Part shown: piece after piece, positions 26,380 through 43,350 of the stretch
Layout of the letters: each line of letters starts with the position of its first letter
Position numbering within the stretch: position 1 is the stretch's first letter
Assembly: GCF_009914755.1 (NCBI RefSeq)
Contig: NC_060947.1
Origin: the human T2T-CHM13v2.0 reference genome, Homo sapiens
Length of the DNA: 64,000 bases
Direction: 5' to 3' (one strand)
The notes under the pieces: model-generated
Database searches by the model: none
What the model was told of the DNA's origin: nothing
The model's input: only the letters and a program-made list of their open reading frames with translations
Made by a program: the position numbers and the translations under genes

Positions 26380-26605
26380 CTTTAGAGTAGGCTCTGGAGC
26401 CAGGCTGCTAGTGAGTGGTTTAATTTTAGGTTTAAGCAAGTCAACTGGGCTCTGTTAATATCAGTTTACTCATTTTTGAAAATGAATAATAATATACCTA
26501 CTTCATGAGGTTGCTGTGAGGATTAAATGACATACACTTATTTAAAGGGTATCTCATTTGATGTGCCTAACCCATCATAAGTGATCAGTGAATAGTAGCT
26601 ACACT
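26380..26605 (+). mobile_element. MIR
   Basis: ggctctggagccaggctgc...tcagtttactcattt...aatgaataataatatacctacttcatgaggttgctgtgaggattaaatga. Confidence 0.8.
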
Positions 26606-27786
26606 ATTCACATAGACCACAAGGATAATGGCAAACATAATGGTGCTCCCCATTCCTACCCCCGTCCCAGAATTATGCAGTGCAGATGCCCTGAGGGCAT
26701 GCTAGGGAATAGTGAAGTGGTGTGAAGAGGCCAACTCCTGAGGGGCTGCAAGGACCAGGAATTTTGGTTGTAACCCACAGCCTCACTCCTTGAAAAGGAT
26801 TTAAAGAACATAGAAAGCAAAATGGTGAAAGGGTTTGCAGATGGTAGGTTTGGGAGTGCTCAGCCCACTTCAGGTCTTTAGGGCAACTGGTCCTGCACCA
26901 CTGTGTTCACAATCTGGCCCCCAGCTGGCATTTAGGACTGGAAGAACAATGGACCCTGTATTCAGGGAAAACTTGAGGCGGAGTGCTGCTCATTGGTCTT
27001 CTACCATTAAGATGCTATATAAAGAGAAATACTAATCAAGTAGAAATCATGGTGCCTGACCTCAAGGAGCCTAGAGTCTTTGGAAGAAACAAACATGCCA
27101 GCATTGTTACTTTAAGCAATTCCCATCCACTCTCTGGGTTGAAGCTTTGTCTGTAAAATGATGGTTTGTACTTAAAACTTTGAACATGTTACATTTCTCA
27201 TCCTTCTAGAAATAAACAAGCATTAAGTCACAGAAAGGAGTGCATGATGATGACACAGTGTGGTAGAGTGAGGCAATATCACTCCAGCCAGCTTGCAAAG
27301 CTGCTGTAGAGTGCAATGGCTAGAGCTACTGCCAGGAAGGAAGAGGGGTAATGGGATTGGGTCAAAGGCCTTAGCTCTCTTGTTGGTGCCAAAAATTGCT
27401 CACTTTGATACCTACCTTGAGCCAGATATACAACAGATATGCCACATGTTGGCTCTTGCTGATACTCCTCTAGCCCCCTTGCTGCTCACTGATTTTAGCT
27501 GAAAGTGGGGATTAATTGACAAGGACATCTTGGAGGAGGATGTCACAGATCCTGTAGTGTGCCAGAATGAATTCAGGATTAAGTAGGAAACTGGAGACTG
27601 AAGTGACTGAGAGCCAGGACAGGGTTAGCCTCCTAAAACACCCTGTCTGGAGGGCTTCACTGTGGCTAAGGGCTGCTAATATGAGAAGTGTATACTACAG
27701 CTATAAAATTAAAGATAGCACTTACTACATGCTAGGTGCTGTTCCAAGCGCTTTACAAGGAATAACTCTTTTTTGCCTTATTATAA

Positions 27787-28176
<390 letters not shown>

Positions 28177-28790
28177 AGAGTTTTTTTTTTTTTTTTCTTG
28201 TCTTCATTCTTTCCCTGTACCCTGAAACTCACCTTGATCTGCCTTGCCTGGGAATAACATTTTATTCCAATAATGTTCTATATATAATGTTCTATATAAT
28301 TCTGGAGTCAAGGTACCTTGGAAATCTAGCCAACCATAGCTAACTAATCTTTCTTTCTGCCCCTATCAGCCTCATAGACATGTCCTCAGTGGGACATCTT
28401 CCAGGAAGTACCAAGGAGTGGCTTTGGGGAAATAGGGAGAGATGGTTAGAAGAGCAACTCTTCCCGAGCAAAAAGAATTAAGAGGACTTATACAGCCTTT
28501 TGAAAGTGTGGCAATGGGATACTTTGTCTTAGAGAAGAGCTTCCTGGCCCAAGTGCTGGAAAGGAAGGATGAGGGAAGGTGGAAACACACGGATGAAAGT
28601 ATGGGCAGGGCTGTAACCTTAGTCAATGGGCTAGGATGGCCCATGCACGGTGGTTTGGGGTAGACCTTAAATAAAAAATAAAAACTCTTCTCCCATAACA
28701 AAGTCTTGTTTGGTTGTCCAGGAAGCCCCCCACAGAATTCAAACGCCTCTGGGAAGTTTGGTGCAGAGCTTATGGGCTTTTCGCATTCTC

Positions 28791-28809
28791 TGGTGCCACC
28801 TGGTGGACA
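28791..28809 (-). promoter_or_regulatory. Strong CTCF-motif match
   Basis: Minus strand TGTCCACCAGGTGGCACCA matches the CTCF core CCACCAG(G/A)(G/T)GGC; in non-repeat DNA. Confidence 0.65.
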
Positions 28810-30305
28810 ACAAGAGGTAATGAGATGGGATCTAGGAAATTGGGCAGTTCAGTTTGGAAGGGAGGAGAGGGGAAGTGAAGCTGGACCAGATGATTAGTGC
28901 TGTAGTGGGCAGGCACTGAGGGGACCCAGTGCACCCACAGGAAAATTGGGTTCCTGGTGAGGCTGATGGAGTCAAAGAGTGTAGACCGTTAGAGATAATA
29001 TATGTAAAGACCCTGATCTACAGGCCAACTGTAACAGCATCAAAAGGTAGTGTTTACTACTTACCACATGCCAGACTGTGTTATTAACTTTTTCATGAAT
29101 TTTTTAAAATTTAATTCTTCCAGCCACACTTTGTAGCATCCCCATTTTGCAGATAAGTTAAAGTGAGGCTCAGCGTTAGTGGCAGAGACAATGTTCAAGG
29201 TTTTAATCATTATGCCATAAATTGTAGTTGTTGCCAATATTGTGATATGATGTGAAATTAGAGATATGAAGGAGGATCCTTAAGTACTTCAAATCTGAGT
29301 CAAGTAGGCTTTGATGCCAGTGGGAGAAAAGGGAAGGAGAAGTGTCATATACACCACCATCTCTACCTTATCCACCTTCAAATATGGGGAAACAAAACAA
29401 AAGCAATCTAGAATTCACCTACCCACTGTCTCAGCCAGTAAGCACATTTTAGGCACCTATTCTATCCAGAGCTTTGTGGGACAAAATGGCATTTGCCCCC
29501 AGGAGTCCTGATATGCCAGCATTACTCGTTTCTCCCCACCCCTATCTCCAGGTCTTCTAAAGTCCTCAGGTGGGGAGCATGTTGGTGAGTCTTTCAGAAA
29601 ACACTGTCCCATAGGGAATAAAAGACAAAAAATAAATTCCATCTATATGTTGATTGAGGAATTAGGAAATGTCTTGGTTTAAAAAAAATAGGAGAAGCAA
29701 AAGAAATCAGAAAACATTGAGCACCTGCTATATGTTAGCTAGGCCCTATGCTGAGTGCTTGACAACAGAATTTTATCTAATCCTTCCAACTTCTGTGAGG
29801 CAGGTCTCTAAATATTGCCGTTTGAAAGTGAGGATAACTGAGGATCAGGGAGGTTAGGCAACCTCTCTATAGTCACACAGCTAATCAGTAGGGGAACTCT
29901 GTATGGCCGCAAAACCTATGCTGTTTTAGAATGAAGGGAGGAGGGTATTTATTTTTCCTTTTTATTGTGGAAAAGTTCAATCAAATGAAAAATAGAAGTA
30001 ATAGTATAATGAAGTCCCTTTTACCCATTACCTAGTTTCAATTACAGTTAGCACATACTCAATCTTATTTCATCTGTTCTCCCATTCACCCCCTCCCACA
30101 AAACTGGATTATTATAAGTAAATTCCACACATCATTTTATTTTATCCACAACATTTTCAGGCTGCATCTCTAAAAGATATGGACTTTTAACAAAACATGA
30201 CTAAAATACTGTTATCACAGCTGTAAAATTAATACTAATTCTTTCATATGATCAAATATATATTTTGTGTTTAAATTCCTCCTATCATCTCATGTCTTTT
30301 CTCAT

Positions 30306-32576
30306 TATATTAGTCCATTTTCACACTGCTGATAAAGACATACCCAAGACTGGGAAATTTACAAAAGAAAAAGGTTTAATTGGACTTACATTTCCACGTG
30401 GCTGGGGAAGCCTCACAATCATGGAGGAAGGCAAGAAGGAGCAAGTCATGTCTCATATGGATAGCAACAGGCAAAGAGAGAGAGAGCTTGTACAGGGGAA
30501 CTCCTCTTTTTAAAACCATCAGATCTCATGAGACTTACTATCACGAGAACAGCACAGGAAAGACTTGCTCCCATGATTCAATTACCTCCCAGTGGGTCCT
30601 TCCCACAACATATGGAAATTCAAGATGAGATTTGGGTGGGGACAGAGCCAAACCATGTCATTCCACCCCTTGCCCCTTCCAAATCTCACATCCTCACATT
30701 TTAAAATCAATCATGCCTTCCCAACAGTCCCCCAAAGTCTTAACTCATTTCAGCATTAACTCAAAAGTCCACAGTCCAAAGTCTCATCTGAGACAAGGCA
30801 AGTCCCTTCTGCCATGAGCCTGTAAAATCAAAAGCAGGTTAGTTACTTCCTAGATACAGTGGGGGTACAGACATTAGGTAAATACAACCATTCCAAATGG
30901 GAGAAATTGGCCAAAACAAAGGGGCTACAGGTGCCATGCAAGTCCAAAATCCAACAGGGCAGTCAAATCTTAAAGCTCCAAAATGATCTCCTTTGACTCC
31001 ATGTCTCACGTCCAGTTCACGCTGATGCAAGAGGTGGGTTCCCATGGTCTTGGGCAACTCTGCCTCTGTGGCTTTGCAGGGTACAGCCTCCCTCCCGGCT
31101 GCTTTGATGGACTGGCATTGAGTGTCTGCAGCTTTTCCAGGCTCACGGTGCAAGCTGTCAGTGGATCTACCATTCCCGGGTCTGGAGGATGATGGCCCTC
31201 TTCTTACAGCTCCACTAGACAGTGCCCCAGTAGGGACTCTGTGTGCAGACTCCAACGCCACATTTCCCTTCTGCACTGCTCTAGCAGAGGTTCTCCATGA
31301 GAGCCCTGCCCCTGCAACAAATTTCTGCCTGGACATCCAAGCATTTCCATACATCTTCTGAAATCTAGGTGGAGGTTCCCAAACCTCTGTTCTTGACTTC
31401 TGTGCACTGGCAGGCTCAACACCCATGGAAGCTGCCAAGGTTGAAGCTTGCACCCTCTAAAGCCACGGCCTGAGCTCTACATTGGCCCCTTTCAGCCATG
31501 GCTGGAGTGGCTGGGATGCAAGGCACCAAGTCCCTAGGCTGCACACAGTACAGAACCCTGGGCCTGGCCCACAAAACCACTTTTTCCTCCTCAGCTTCAG
31601 GCCTGTGATGGGAGGGGCTGCCATGAAGACCTCTGTCATGCCCTGGAGGCATTTTCCCCCTTGTCTTGGGGATTTGCATTAGTTATGCAAATTTATGCAG
31701 CTGGCTTGAATTTCTCAGAAAATGGGATTTTCTTTTCTATCTCATTGTCAGGCTGCAAATTTTCCAAACTTTTATGCTCTACTTCCCTTATAAAACTGAA
31801 TGTTTTTAACAGCATCCAAGTCACATCTTGAATGCTTTGCTGCTTGGAAATTTATTTCACTAGATACCCTGAATCATCTCTCTCAAGTTCAAAGTTGCAC
31901 AAATCTCTAGGGCAGGGGCAAAATGCTGCCAGTCTCTTTGCTAAAATGTAGCAAGAATTACCTTTGCTTCAGTTCCAAACAAGTTCCTCATCTCCATCTG
32001 AGACCACCTGAGCCTGGACCTTATTGTTCATATCACTATCAGCATTTTTGTCAAAGCCATTCAACAAGCCTCTAGGAGGTTCCAAACTTTATCACATTTT
32101 CATGTCTTCTTCTGAGCCCTCCAAACTGTTCCAGCTTCTGCCTATTACCCAGTTTCAAAGTTGCTTCCACATTTTTGGGTATCTTTTCAGTAGCACCCCA
32201 CTCTACTGGTACAATTTACTGTATTAGTCCTTTTTCATGCTGCCAATAAAGACATACCCGAGGCTGGGCATTTTACAAAAGAAAGAGGATTAATTGGACT
32301 TACAGTTCCATGTGGCTGGGGAAGCCTCACAATCATGGAGGAAGGCAAGGAGGAGAAAGTCACGTCTTACATGGATGGCAGCAGGCAAAGAGAGAGAGCT
32401 TTGGCAGGAGAACTCCTCTTTTTAAAACCATCAGATCTTGTGAGACTTATTCAGCATCATGAGAACAGCATGGGAAAGACTTGCCCCCATGATTCAATTA
32501 CCTTTCACTGGGTCCCTCCCACAACACATGGAAATTCAAGATGAGATTTGGGTGGAAACACAGCCAAACCATATCA
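30306..32576 (-). mobile_element. Full-length THE1C/D MaLR element (LTR-internal-LTR)
   Basis: 5' LTR 32220-32576, internal 30661-32219, 3' LTR 30306-30660; 5-bp TSD CTCAT (30301-30305, 32577-32581); polypurine tract at 30661-30670 on the minus strand. Confidence 0.95.
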
Positions 32577-34233
32577 CTCATATTTCTGATTCTTTCTTGT
32601 TATTGAGATGTAACATATATGGTAAAATGTACCAATCTCATGTACACCTTGACAAATTTTTATCGGATGTATGTCTGTATAACTAAAGTATATTCCAAAG
32701 TGGCTGCACCAAATTTATTCTCTTGCCAGCAATGTATCAAAAGTTAAGTTACTTCACATCCACAGCAACAGTATGGTCAGTACTTTAAATTTTAGCCATT
32801 CTGATTGGTGGGGGAGAAGGGTAGGTTAGCTGTACCTCTTTGTAGCCTTATATTTATCCAGTGAATAATGATGGGTGCATCATTTGGATGTCCATTTTGT
32901 ATGCCTGTTATTTTAAAACTTTGTCAATCTATTCTTACTGATATATAAAAGTTTATTATATATGTTCTGAATATGTATCAGCATATATACAGATCTTCTT
33001 CCAGTCTGTGTCTGGCCCTTTTCCTCTTTATTTTTATCTTGTCTTTTGATTAAAAGATATTCTTAGCTTTAATGAAGCTCAATTTATCGCTTTTTTTGGC
33101 TATTTTTTTCTGTCCATTTAAGAAAGTTTTGCTTCCCTGAATATAATGAAAATATTCTTCTACTTTTCTTCTAGAATTAATTAATGTTTGTGTATGATGT
33201 GAGTTAGAGGTCAAGGTTAATTATTCCTTATGAGTATTCACTTTACCCAGAATTATCTTTTCACCACTGAGTAGTAGTGATGATTCTGTCATGAAGCAAG
33301 TTACTGTATGTGTAGATTTGTTTCCTAGCTGTCTGTTTTATTCCACTTGCCTGTTTATGGTTTTATCAATACCACACTGCTTAATTACTATAGCTTTATA
33401 ATAATTATTGCTATCTAGTAGTATAAGTACTTAAGCTTGATAGTGTTGGAGGATAGTGTTAGGATAGTGTTGGAGGTGGTGGTTCTTCCTTTGCTTCTCC
33501 TTCTCTCGATACCTCCCCTTCCTTCCTCTTCCTCCTTTTTCTCTTCCTCCTTAATTTTCTTGGCTATTCTAAGTTTGTTGATTTTTCATACATGATTTTA
33601 CATTGCCTTATCAATTTTTTGAAAGCTGCTGAGATTTTGAATAGTATTTTCATGAGTGCATACATCAAATTTGGAAGAATTGACATCTTTAATGATATTA
33701 AGTCTTCCTTCCATGAACCTGGCATATTAAATTTATTTAGGTCTTCTTCAGTTTCCTTGGCAGTATTTTGTAGTTTTCACTGTACAGATCTTATAAAAAA
33801 TTTTGTAAAATTTATCCCTAATTGTTTTCTCTGTTTACATGCTGTTGTAAATAGAATTATCTTCTTAACATCATTTTTCATTTTTTTCATTGCTACTATA
33901 CAGAAATATAATTGATATTTGTATATTGCCCTATTGTCCAGTGACCTTGCTAAATTCACCTATTAGTTCTAGTAGCTTTTTGGTAGGTTCCTTGAAATTT
34001 TCTGTGAGCATAATCATGTTGTTTGCAAATAAACAGTTTTAATTTATTCCTTTTGAATCTGTATTCCTTTTATCTCTTCTTCTTGCCTTATGGTGCTGAC
34101 TAGGACTCCCAGTACAATGTTGAATAAAAGTGGTGGGAGTGGACATCATTGCCTTGTTGCTGATATTAGGGGGGAAGTATTCGATCTTTCACCATTGACT
34201 ATGATGCTAGTTTTAGGTTTCATGTAATGTCCT

Positions 34234-34610
34234 TGATATAGTTTGGCTGTGTCCCCACCAAAACTCATCTTGAATTGCAGTTCCCATAATCTCCATGTGT
34301 CATGGGAGGGACCGGTTGGGAGGTAATTGAATCATTGGGGCAGCTTCCCTCTTGCTATTCTCATGACAGTGAGTAAGTTCTCGTGAGATCTGATCGTTTT
34401 ATAAGGGGCTTCCCCCTTCGCTAGGCTCTCATTCTTCTCTCTCCTGCTGCTTTGTGAAGAAGGACATGTCTGCTTCCTCTTCCACCGTGATTGTAAGTTT
34501 TCTGAGGCCTCCCCAGCCCTGAGGAATTGTGAGTCAATTAAACCTCTTTCCTTTGTAAATTACCCAGTCTCAGGTTTGTTCTTATAGCAGCATGAGAACG
34601 GACTAATACA
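34234..34610 (+). mobile_element. THE1B-like solo LTR
   Basis: tgatatagtttggctgtgtcccc...gaacggactaataca; TSD GTCCT 34229-34233 and 34611-34615. Confidence 0.95.
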
Positions 34611-34885
34611 GTCCTCAATCAGGTTGAAGAAGTTGTATTCTATTCCTAATTGCTGAGATATGAATGCTGAATTTTATCAAGTGTGTTTTCTGCAAATGCT
34701 GAGATCATCATATAGATGTTCTCCTTTATTCCATTAATATGGCAAATTGCATTGATTTTCAAATGTTAAAGAATCTTTTATTAATGGGACAAACCCTACT
34801 TTGTCATAATATGTTATACTTTATATATATTGTTACTAAAGTACTAAATTCTGACTTTAAAAATTTTTTCAATTGTACATAAACT

Positions 34886-34895
34886 AACTTACTTA

Positions 34896-34938
<43 letters not shown>

Positions 34939-35336
34939 GAGACAGGGTCTTGCTCTGTCACCCATGCTGGAGTGCAGTGGTGTGATCATGGCTCACTGTG
35001 CAGCCTCAACCTCCACAGGTTCAGGTAATCCTCCCACCTCAACACCCCGAGTAGCTGGGACTATAGGCATATGCCACCATGCCTGGCTAATTTTTGTATT
35101 TTTTGTAGAGGTGGGGTTTCACCATGTTGCCCATGCTGTCTTGAACTCCTGAGCTCAAGTGATCCGCCTGCCTCAGCCTCCCAAAGTGCTGTGAATATGG
35201 GTGTGAGCCTTTAGTAAAAAGACAAAGACTTTCAAATTAGATTTTAAAAACACAACTCTGTGCTCCTTAAAAGAGACCCTTTGCCTAAAGCATGCAGGAA
35301 AGTCAAATATAAAATAGTGGAAAAAGGTGTCTGGCC
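34886..35336 (-). mobile_element. AluJ with (CT)n tail and a 118-bp foreign insert near its 5' end
   Basis: TSD tgtacataa(a/g)ct 34874-34885 and 35337-35348; Alu interrupted at gtgagcc| and resumes |gtgtctggcc. Confidence 0.88.
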
Positions 35337-36020
35337 TGTACATAAGCTTTCTATTGCAATGTTTTCTGTCCTTGTTATCATTTCCTTTCTTATATTTTCT
35401 TTAGGTTAATTTGTTTTACTAGCTTTTTGAGCAGGAAGATTAGATCGTTGATGTTCAACTTTTTTCATTTTAGTTCATGCATTTAAAACTTTAATCTTCC
35501 TACTGAAAACTGATCTAGCTGAATCTTACACTTTGATAGTTTATGTCAAAATAGATTATTCAATTCAAAATATTTTCAGCTTTCCACTGTATTTTTTTGA
35601 CCTATCAATTATTTATAAGGTATTGCTTCATTTTCAAACAATTGAAGGTTTGGGGATATTTATTTAATATTGGTTTCTAGTTAATTTTCATTTTGGTTAC
35701 AGAGCCTCTCCTATATTACTTCAGTCTTAACAATTTGTTGAAACTTGCTTCATCACTCAACATATGGTCTTTTTTGGGAAATGTTCTGTGAGCTCTCGAA
35801 TATAGTGTGTTTTCTGCTATTTTTGCAAATGGTATTCTATGTATGTCGATTAGGTCGACTTCATCTGTTGTGTTGTTTATATCTTTATATAAGTACTGAC
35901 TTTCTGCATTTTCTGATTTACTTTGAGAAATGTGTTAATTTTTCATACTACAGTTGTAGATTTGTCTATTTCTGCTTTGTTACATGAACTTATGTGTTAT
36001 GTATTTAAAAATGTGAAATT

Positions 36021-36169
36021 TGGGGGGAGGGGGGAGGGATAGCATTGGGAGATATACCTAATGCTAGATGACGAGTTAGTGGGTGCAGCGCACCAGCATG
36101 GCACATGTATACATATGTAACTAACCTGCACAATGTGCACATGTACCCTAAAACTTAAAGTATAATAAA
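36021..36169 (+). mobile_element. L1PA2-like 3' end (~150 bp)
   Basis: gatgacGAGttagtggg and aacttAAAgtataat (non-Ta alleles); 14-bp TSD aaaaatgtgaaatt 36007-36020 and 36170-36183. Confidence 0.92.
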
Positions 36170-37763
36170 AAAAATGTGAAATTGTGTGCACAAACATTTA
36201 TGATTTTTACATCTCCCTGTTGAGGTTGTATTATGCCCCTACGAACTAGTGATTTTTGTATCTTCCATTTAATTCTTTCTTAATCTTTGAATTCTGTTGT
36301 TGAATTCCTTTGCCATTATGAAATATCCTTCTTTCCGTAAGTATACTTTGAGTCATAATAATATAGCTATATCAACTTTCTTCTAGTTATTGCTTACATG
36401 GTGTGTATCTTTTCCCGCTCTTTTATATTTGACTTTCTTCCATGCTTTAGGCAAAGTGTCTCTTTTAAAGAGCACAGAGTTGTGTTTTTAAAATCTAACT
36501 TGAAAATCTTTGTCTTTTTACTAAATTGCTTATTCCATTTGCATTTCTAAATGTGTTGACTATAACTTATATATAATAAAGTGCACAAGTCTTAAGTGTG
36601 CAGCTTCATGAATGTTTATACATGTAAACACCTCGTAACCATGGCCGGACCAAGATATAGAATATTTTCAGCATCTAGCAGGCTCATTTTGCCCCTTCCC
36701 AGTTATCCTCATAGAAGACTACTATTCTGACTTCTATCATCATAAATTAGTTTTGTCAATTTTTAGTGTAATACTCACGGAATGACACAGTATGTACTCT
36801 TTAGTTCTACTTCTTTCATTCAATATATTTCAGTTAGATTCATCAATGTTGTTGCGTGTGCTAGTAGTCTATTTTTAATTTTTGTGTAGTATTCCATTAT
36901 ATGAATTTAACATTTATTCCATCTACTGTTAATGGAATTTTTGTTGTTTTCAGTTTGAGACTATTATGAATAAAATCAATGGGAACACTCTGTACATATC
37001 ATTTTTAAATACATGTACTCATTTATCTTGGAAAATATATCTAGATATATAGCAAAATATATCTATTATTGCATCATAGGGCAGGCATATGGGTTATTTA
37101 AGTATTCTGTCAAATGTTTTTCCAACATAGTTAAAATTTTACTCACACCAGCAATGTATAAAAGTTCCAGGTGCACCACTTCCATGTTGACACTTACTAT
37201 TGTCAGTATTTTTAATTTAAGTCATTCTTATGGTCATGTAGTTGTAACTCATTGGTGGACTTAAATTTACCTAATAATCATTGATGTTGAGCACTTTTTC
37301 AAATGCCCTATTGGCCATTTGGATATCTTTTTTTTTGAGAAATGCCTTTCAAGTATTTAGCTCATTGTTAAAAAAAATCAAGTTTATTGAATTATAAGTT
37401 ACATAAAATAAAATGCACTAAGTTAAAGTGTACAGTTTGATGAATTTTGACAAATTTATTCACCTATGTAACCAACACAATTAAAATATAGGACATTTCC
37501 ATCACTACCTCACCCCAAATTCCCTTGTGCCCCTGTGCAGTCAGTTCTTTCACCCCTAACTCCAGACAATCATTGATCTGTTTTTTTGTTATACTTTTCT
37601 TGTTCCAGAATTGCATATAAATGAAATTATATAGTTTGCACCCCTTTGTTTCTTACTTCTTTCACTCAGCAGAGTGTTTTTGAGATTTATCCATTTTGTT
37701 GCATGTTCCAGTAGTACATTCCTTTTAATTGCTGAATAGCATTCCATTGCATGGATATACAGA

Positions 37764-38098
37764 ACATTGTGTATTCATTCACCTGTTGATAAACATTTGG
37801 GTTGTTTACAGTAAAAAACTGTTATGAATAAAGGTGCTATGACATTTGTGTACAAGTATTTGTGTATATATGTATGCTTCCATTTATATATATTTATATA
37901 TATGCTTCCATATATATATATAAATGGAATATTTATATGGAAAATGGAAAATATATATGAAAAATATATATAAGGGAAGCATATATATATATATACACAC
38001 AAATACTTGTGTGTAAATGTCATAGCACCTTTATTCATATCAGTAAAAAACTAGAAACAACCAAAATGTTTATCAACAGGTGAATGAATAAACAATGT
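37764..38098. repeat. Inverted duplication (~118/124-bp arms) around a TA-rich spacer
   Basis: 37764-37881 is the reverse complement of 37975-38098 with few mismatches. Confidence 0.9.
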
Positions 38099-38252
38099 AT
38101 AAATATATATATATGCTTACATATACATATATACACACACATATATATATGTACACATATATATATACACACATATATACATATGCTTCCATTTCTTTTG
38201 GATAAATATGTTGGAGTTTAATTGCTGAGTTATATCATAAGTATATGTTTAA

Positions 38253-38663
<411 letters not shown>

Positions 38664-40329
38664 CAACTAGCAGTCTTTTAATTTTTCTGAGCATTGAGCA
38701 TTTTTTCATATGTTTATTTACCATCCAAATTATCCTTTTGTGATGTCTGTTAAAATATTTTGCCTATTTTATTGTTATAAGAGATCTTTATGTATTTTGT
38801 GTACAATTCCTTTATCAGATATTTGACTTTTATATACTTGCTCCTAATCTGTGATTTGCCATTTAACTTTCTTTTTTCATTTCATTTCATTTTATTTTTA
38901 ACTGACAAATAGTAATTGTACATATTCATGTGGTACATAGTCATGTTTTGATAAATATAGTATATCATGATCAGTTTAGGGTAATTAGCATATCTATCAT
39001 CTTCAACATTTATCATTTCTTTGTGTTGGGAACATTCAATATCTTTCTTTTAGCTATTTGAAACTATATAATAGTTTGAAACTATATAATATGCTGTTGT
39101 TAACTGCAGTCATCCTATAGCAGTATAGAACACTAAAACTTATTCTTTCTATCTAGCTATAATTTTGTATTCCTTAACAATCTCTCCCCATCTCTCCATT
39201 TCCCCCTACCCTTCTCAGCTTCTAGTACCCTCTGTTCTACTTTTTACTTCTATGAGATCAATTTTTTTTTAGCTTCCCCATATGAGTAAGAACCGGCAGT
39301 GTTGACCTTTGCGTTCCTGGCTTATTTCACTTAACATAATGTTCTCCAGTTCCATCCATGCTGCTGTGAATGACAGAATTCTTTTCAATGGCTGAATATT
39401 CTATTGCATATATATATATATATACACACACCACATTTTCTTTATCCATTCATCTGTCGTTAGACACCTAGGTTGATTCCATACCTTGGCTATTATGAAT
39501 AGTGTTATAATAAACACAGGAGTGCAGATATTTTCTTGAATATACTGATTTATTTTCTTTTGGATAAATTCCCAGTAGTGAGATTGCTGGATCATATGGT
39601 AATTCTATTTGTACTTTTTTGAGGAACCTCTATAATATTCTTCATAGTGGCTGTACTAGTTTACATTCCCACGAACAGTATATAAGAGTTCCCTTTCCTC
39701 TACTTTCTCACCAGCATTTGTTATTTTTTTGTCTCTTTGATGATAGCCATCCTAACTGGTATGAGATGATACCTCATTGTGGTTACGATTTGCATTTCTA
39801 TGATGATTAGTGATGTTGAGGATTTTTTCATATATTTGTTGGCCCAATGTTTTTAGCTTCTTTCAAAGAGAAAATAATTTTGTGAAAGTCCAATTTATTG
39901 TACTAGGAACAACTACATATGTAATGCTTTTAGTACATATCTGTAAATATCTGACATAAATTATAACCTTATATCCTAAAACCACTCATCCTGATAGAGT
40001 CTATTTTCTTCATTTTACTAAAGGGAAAACAAGGTTCAGAAGTATTAAGTGACTTGTTAGCAATGTAAGAATGGCTTGATTTTTTTAAAAAAAAGTATTA
40101 AGTGACTTGCTTGAGGCTGCACCCAGAGGTACCAGAGTTGGTATTCAAACCCCATCCATCCAAATGGCCCCAGAACCAGAACTTCTTGCACTACATGACA
40201 CTGCCCTCTACTATCTGCATCCTCTGACCACCTCTTTACAACAGATGAGACAAAAGGGTGGAGCATTATGTTGCTCAACCTCAGCTGGAAACATGTATTT
40301 TGGACAACTCAATATTTTCACCCTACACA

Positions 40330-43140
<2,811 letters not shown>

Positions 43141-43320
43141 TCTGAGATCATAGGAGGAAGTCTCAGGAAGCTACCACTTTTGGGGAAAAGCAAAACATTG
43201 GAAAGGCAGCACCCCTTAGAGACTTGATGAAGGAAAGAAGGATGCAAGAAGGGAAATTAAAATTCTTGCAGAAACAACAAAAACAGAATGACAGAATCAG
43301 AAAACACACCATGACCATTA

Positions 43321-43350
43321 ATCACCACCATCATCACCATCACCACCACC
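43321..43350. repeat. (CAC/CAT)n microsatellite
   Basis: caccaccatcatcaccatcaccaccac. Confidence 0.85.

Larger units (their letters stand above)
32580..36545 (-). mobile_element. Old L1M ORF2 region, antisense, hosting nested insertions
   Basis: tttggaagaattgacatctttaat; gactaggactcccagtacaatgttgaataaaagtggtg; decayed ORF2-like peptide in ORF 33777-33959. Confidence 0.8.

Noticed and set aside
30839-31453. Longest ORF (204 aa)
   Set aside because: Lies in the THE1 internal region; MaLR remnant, not a host gene
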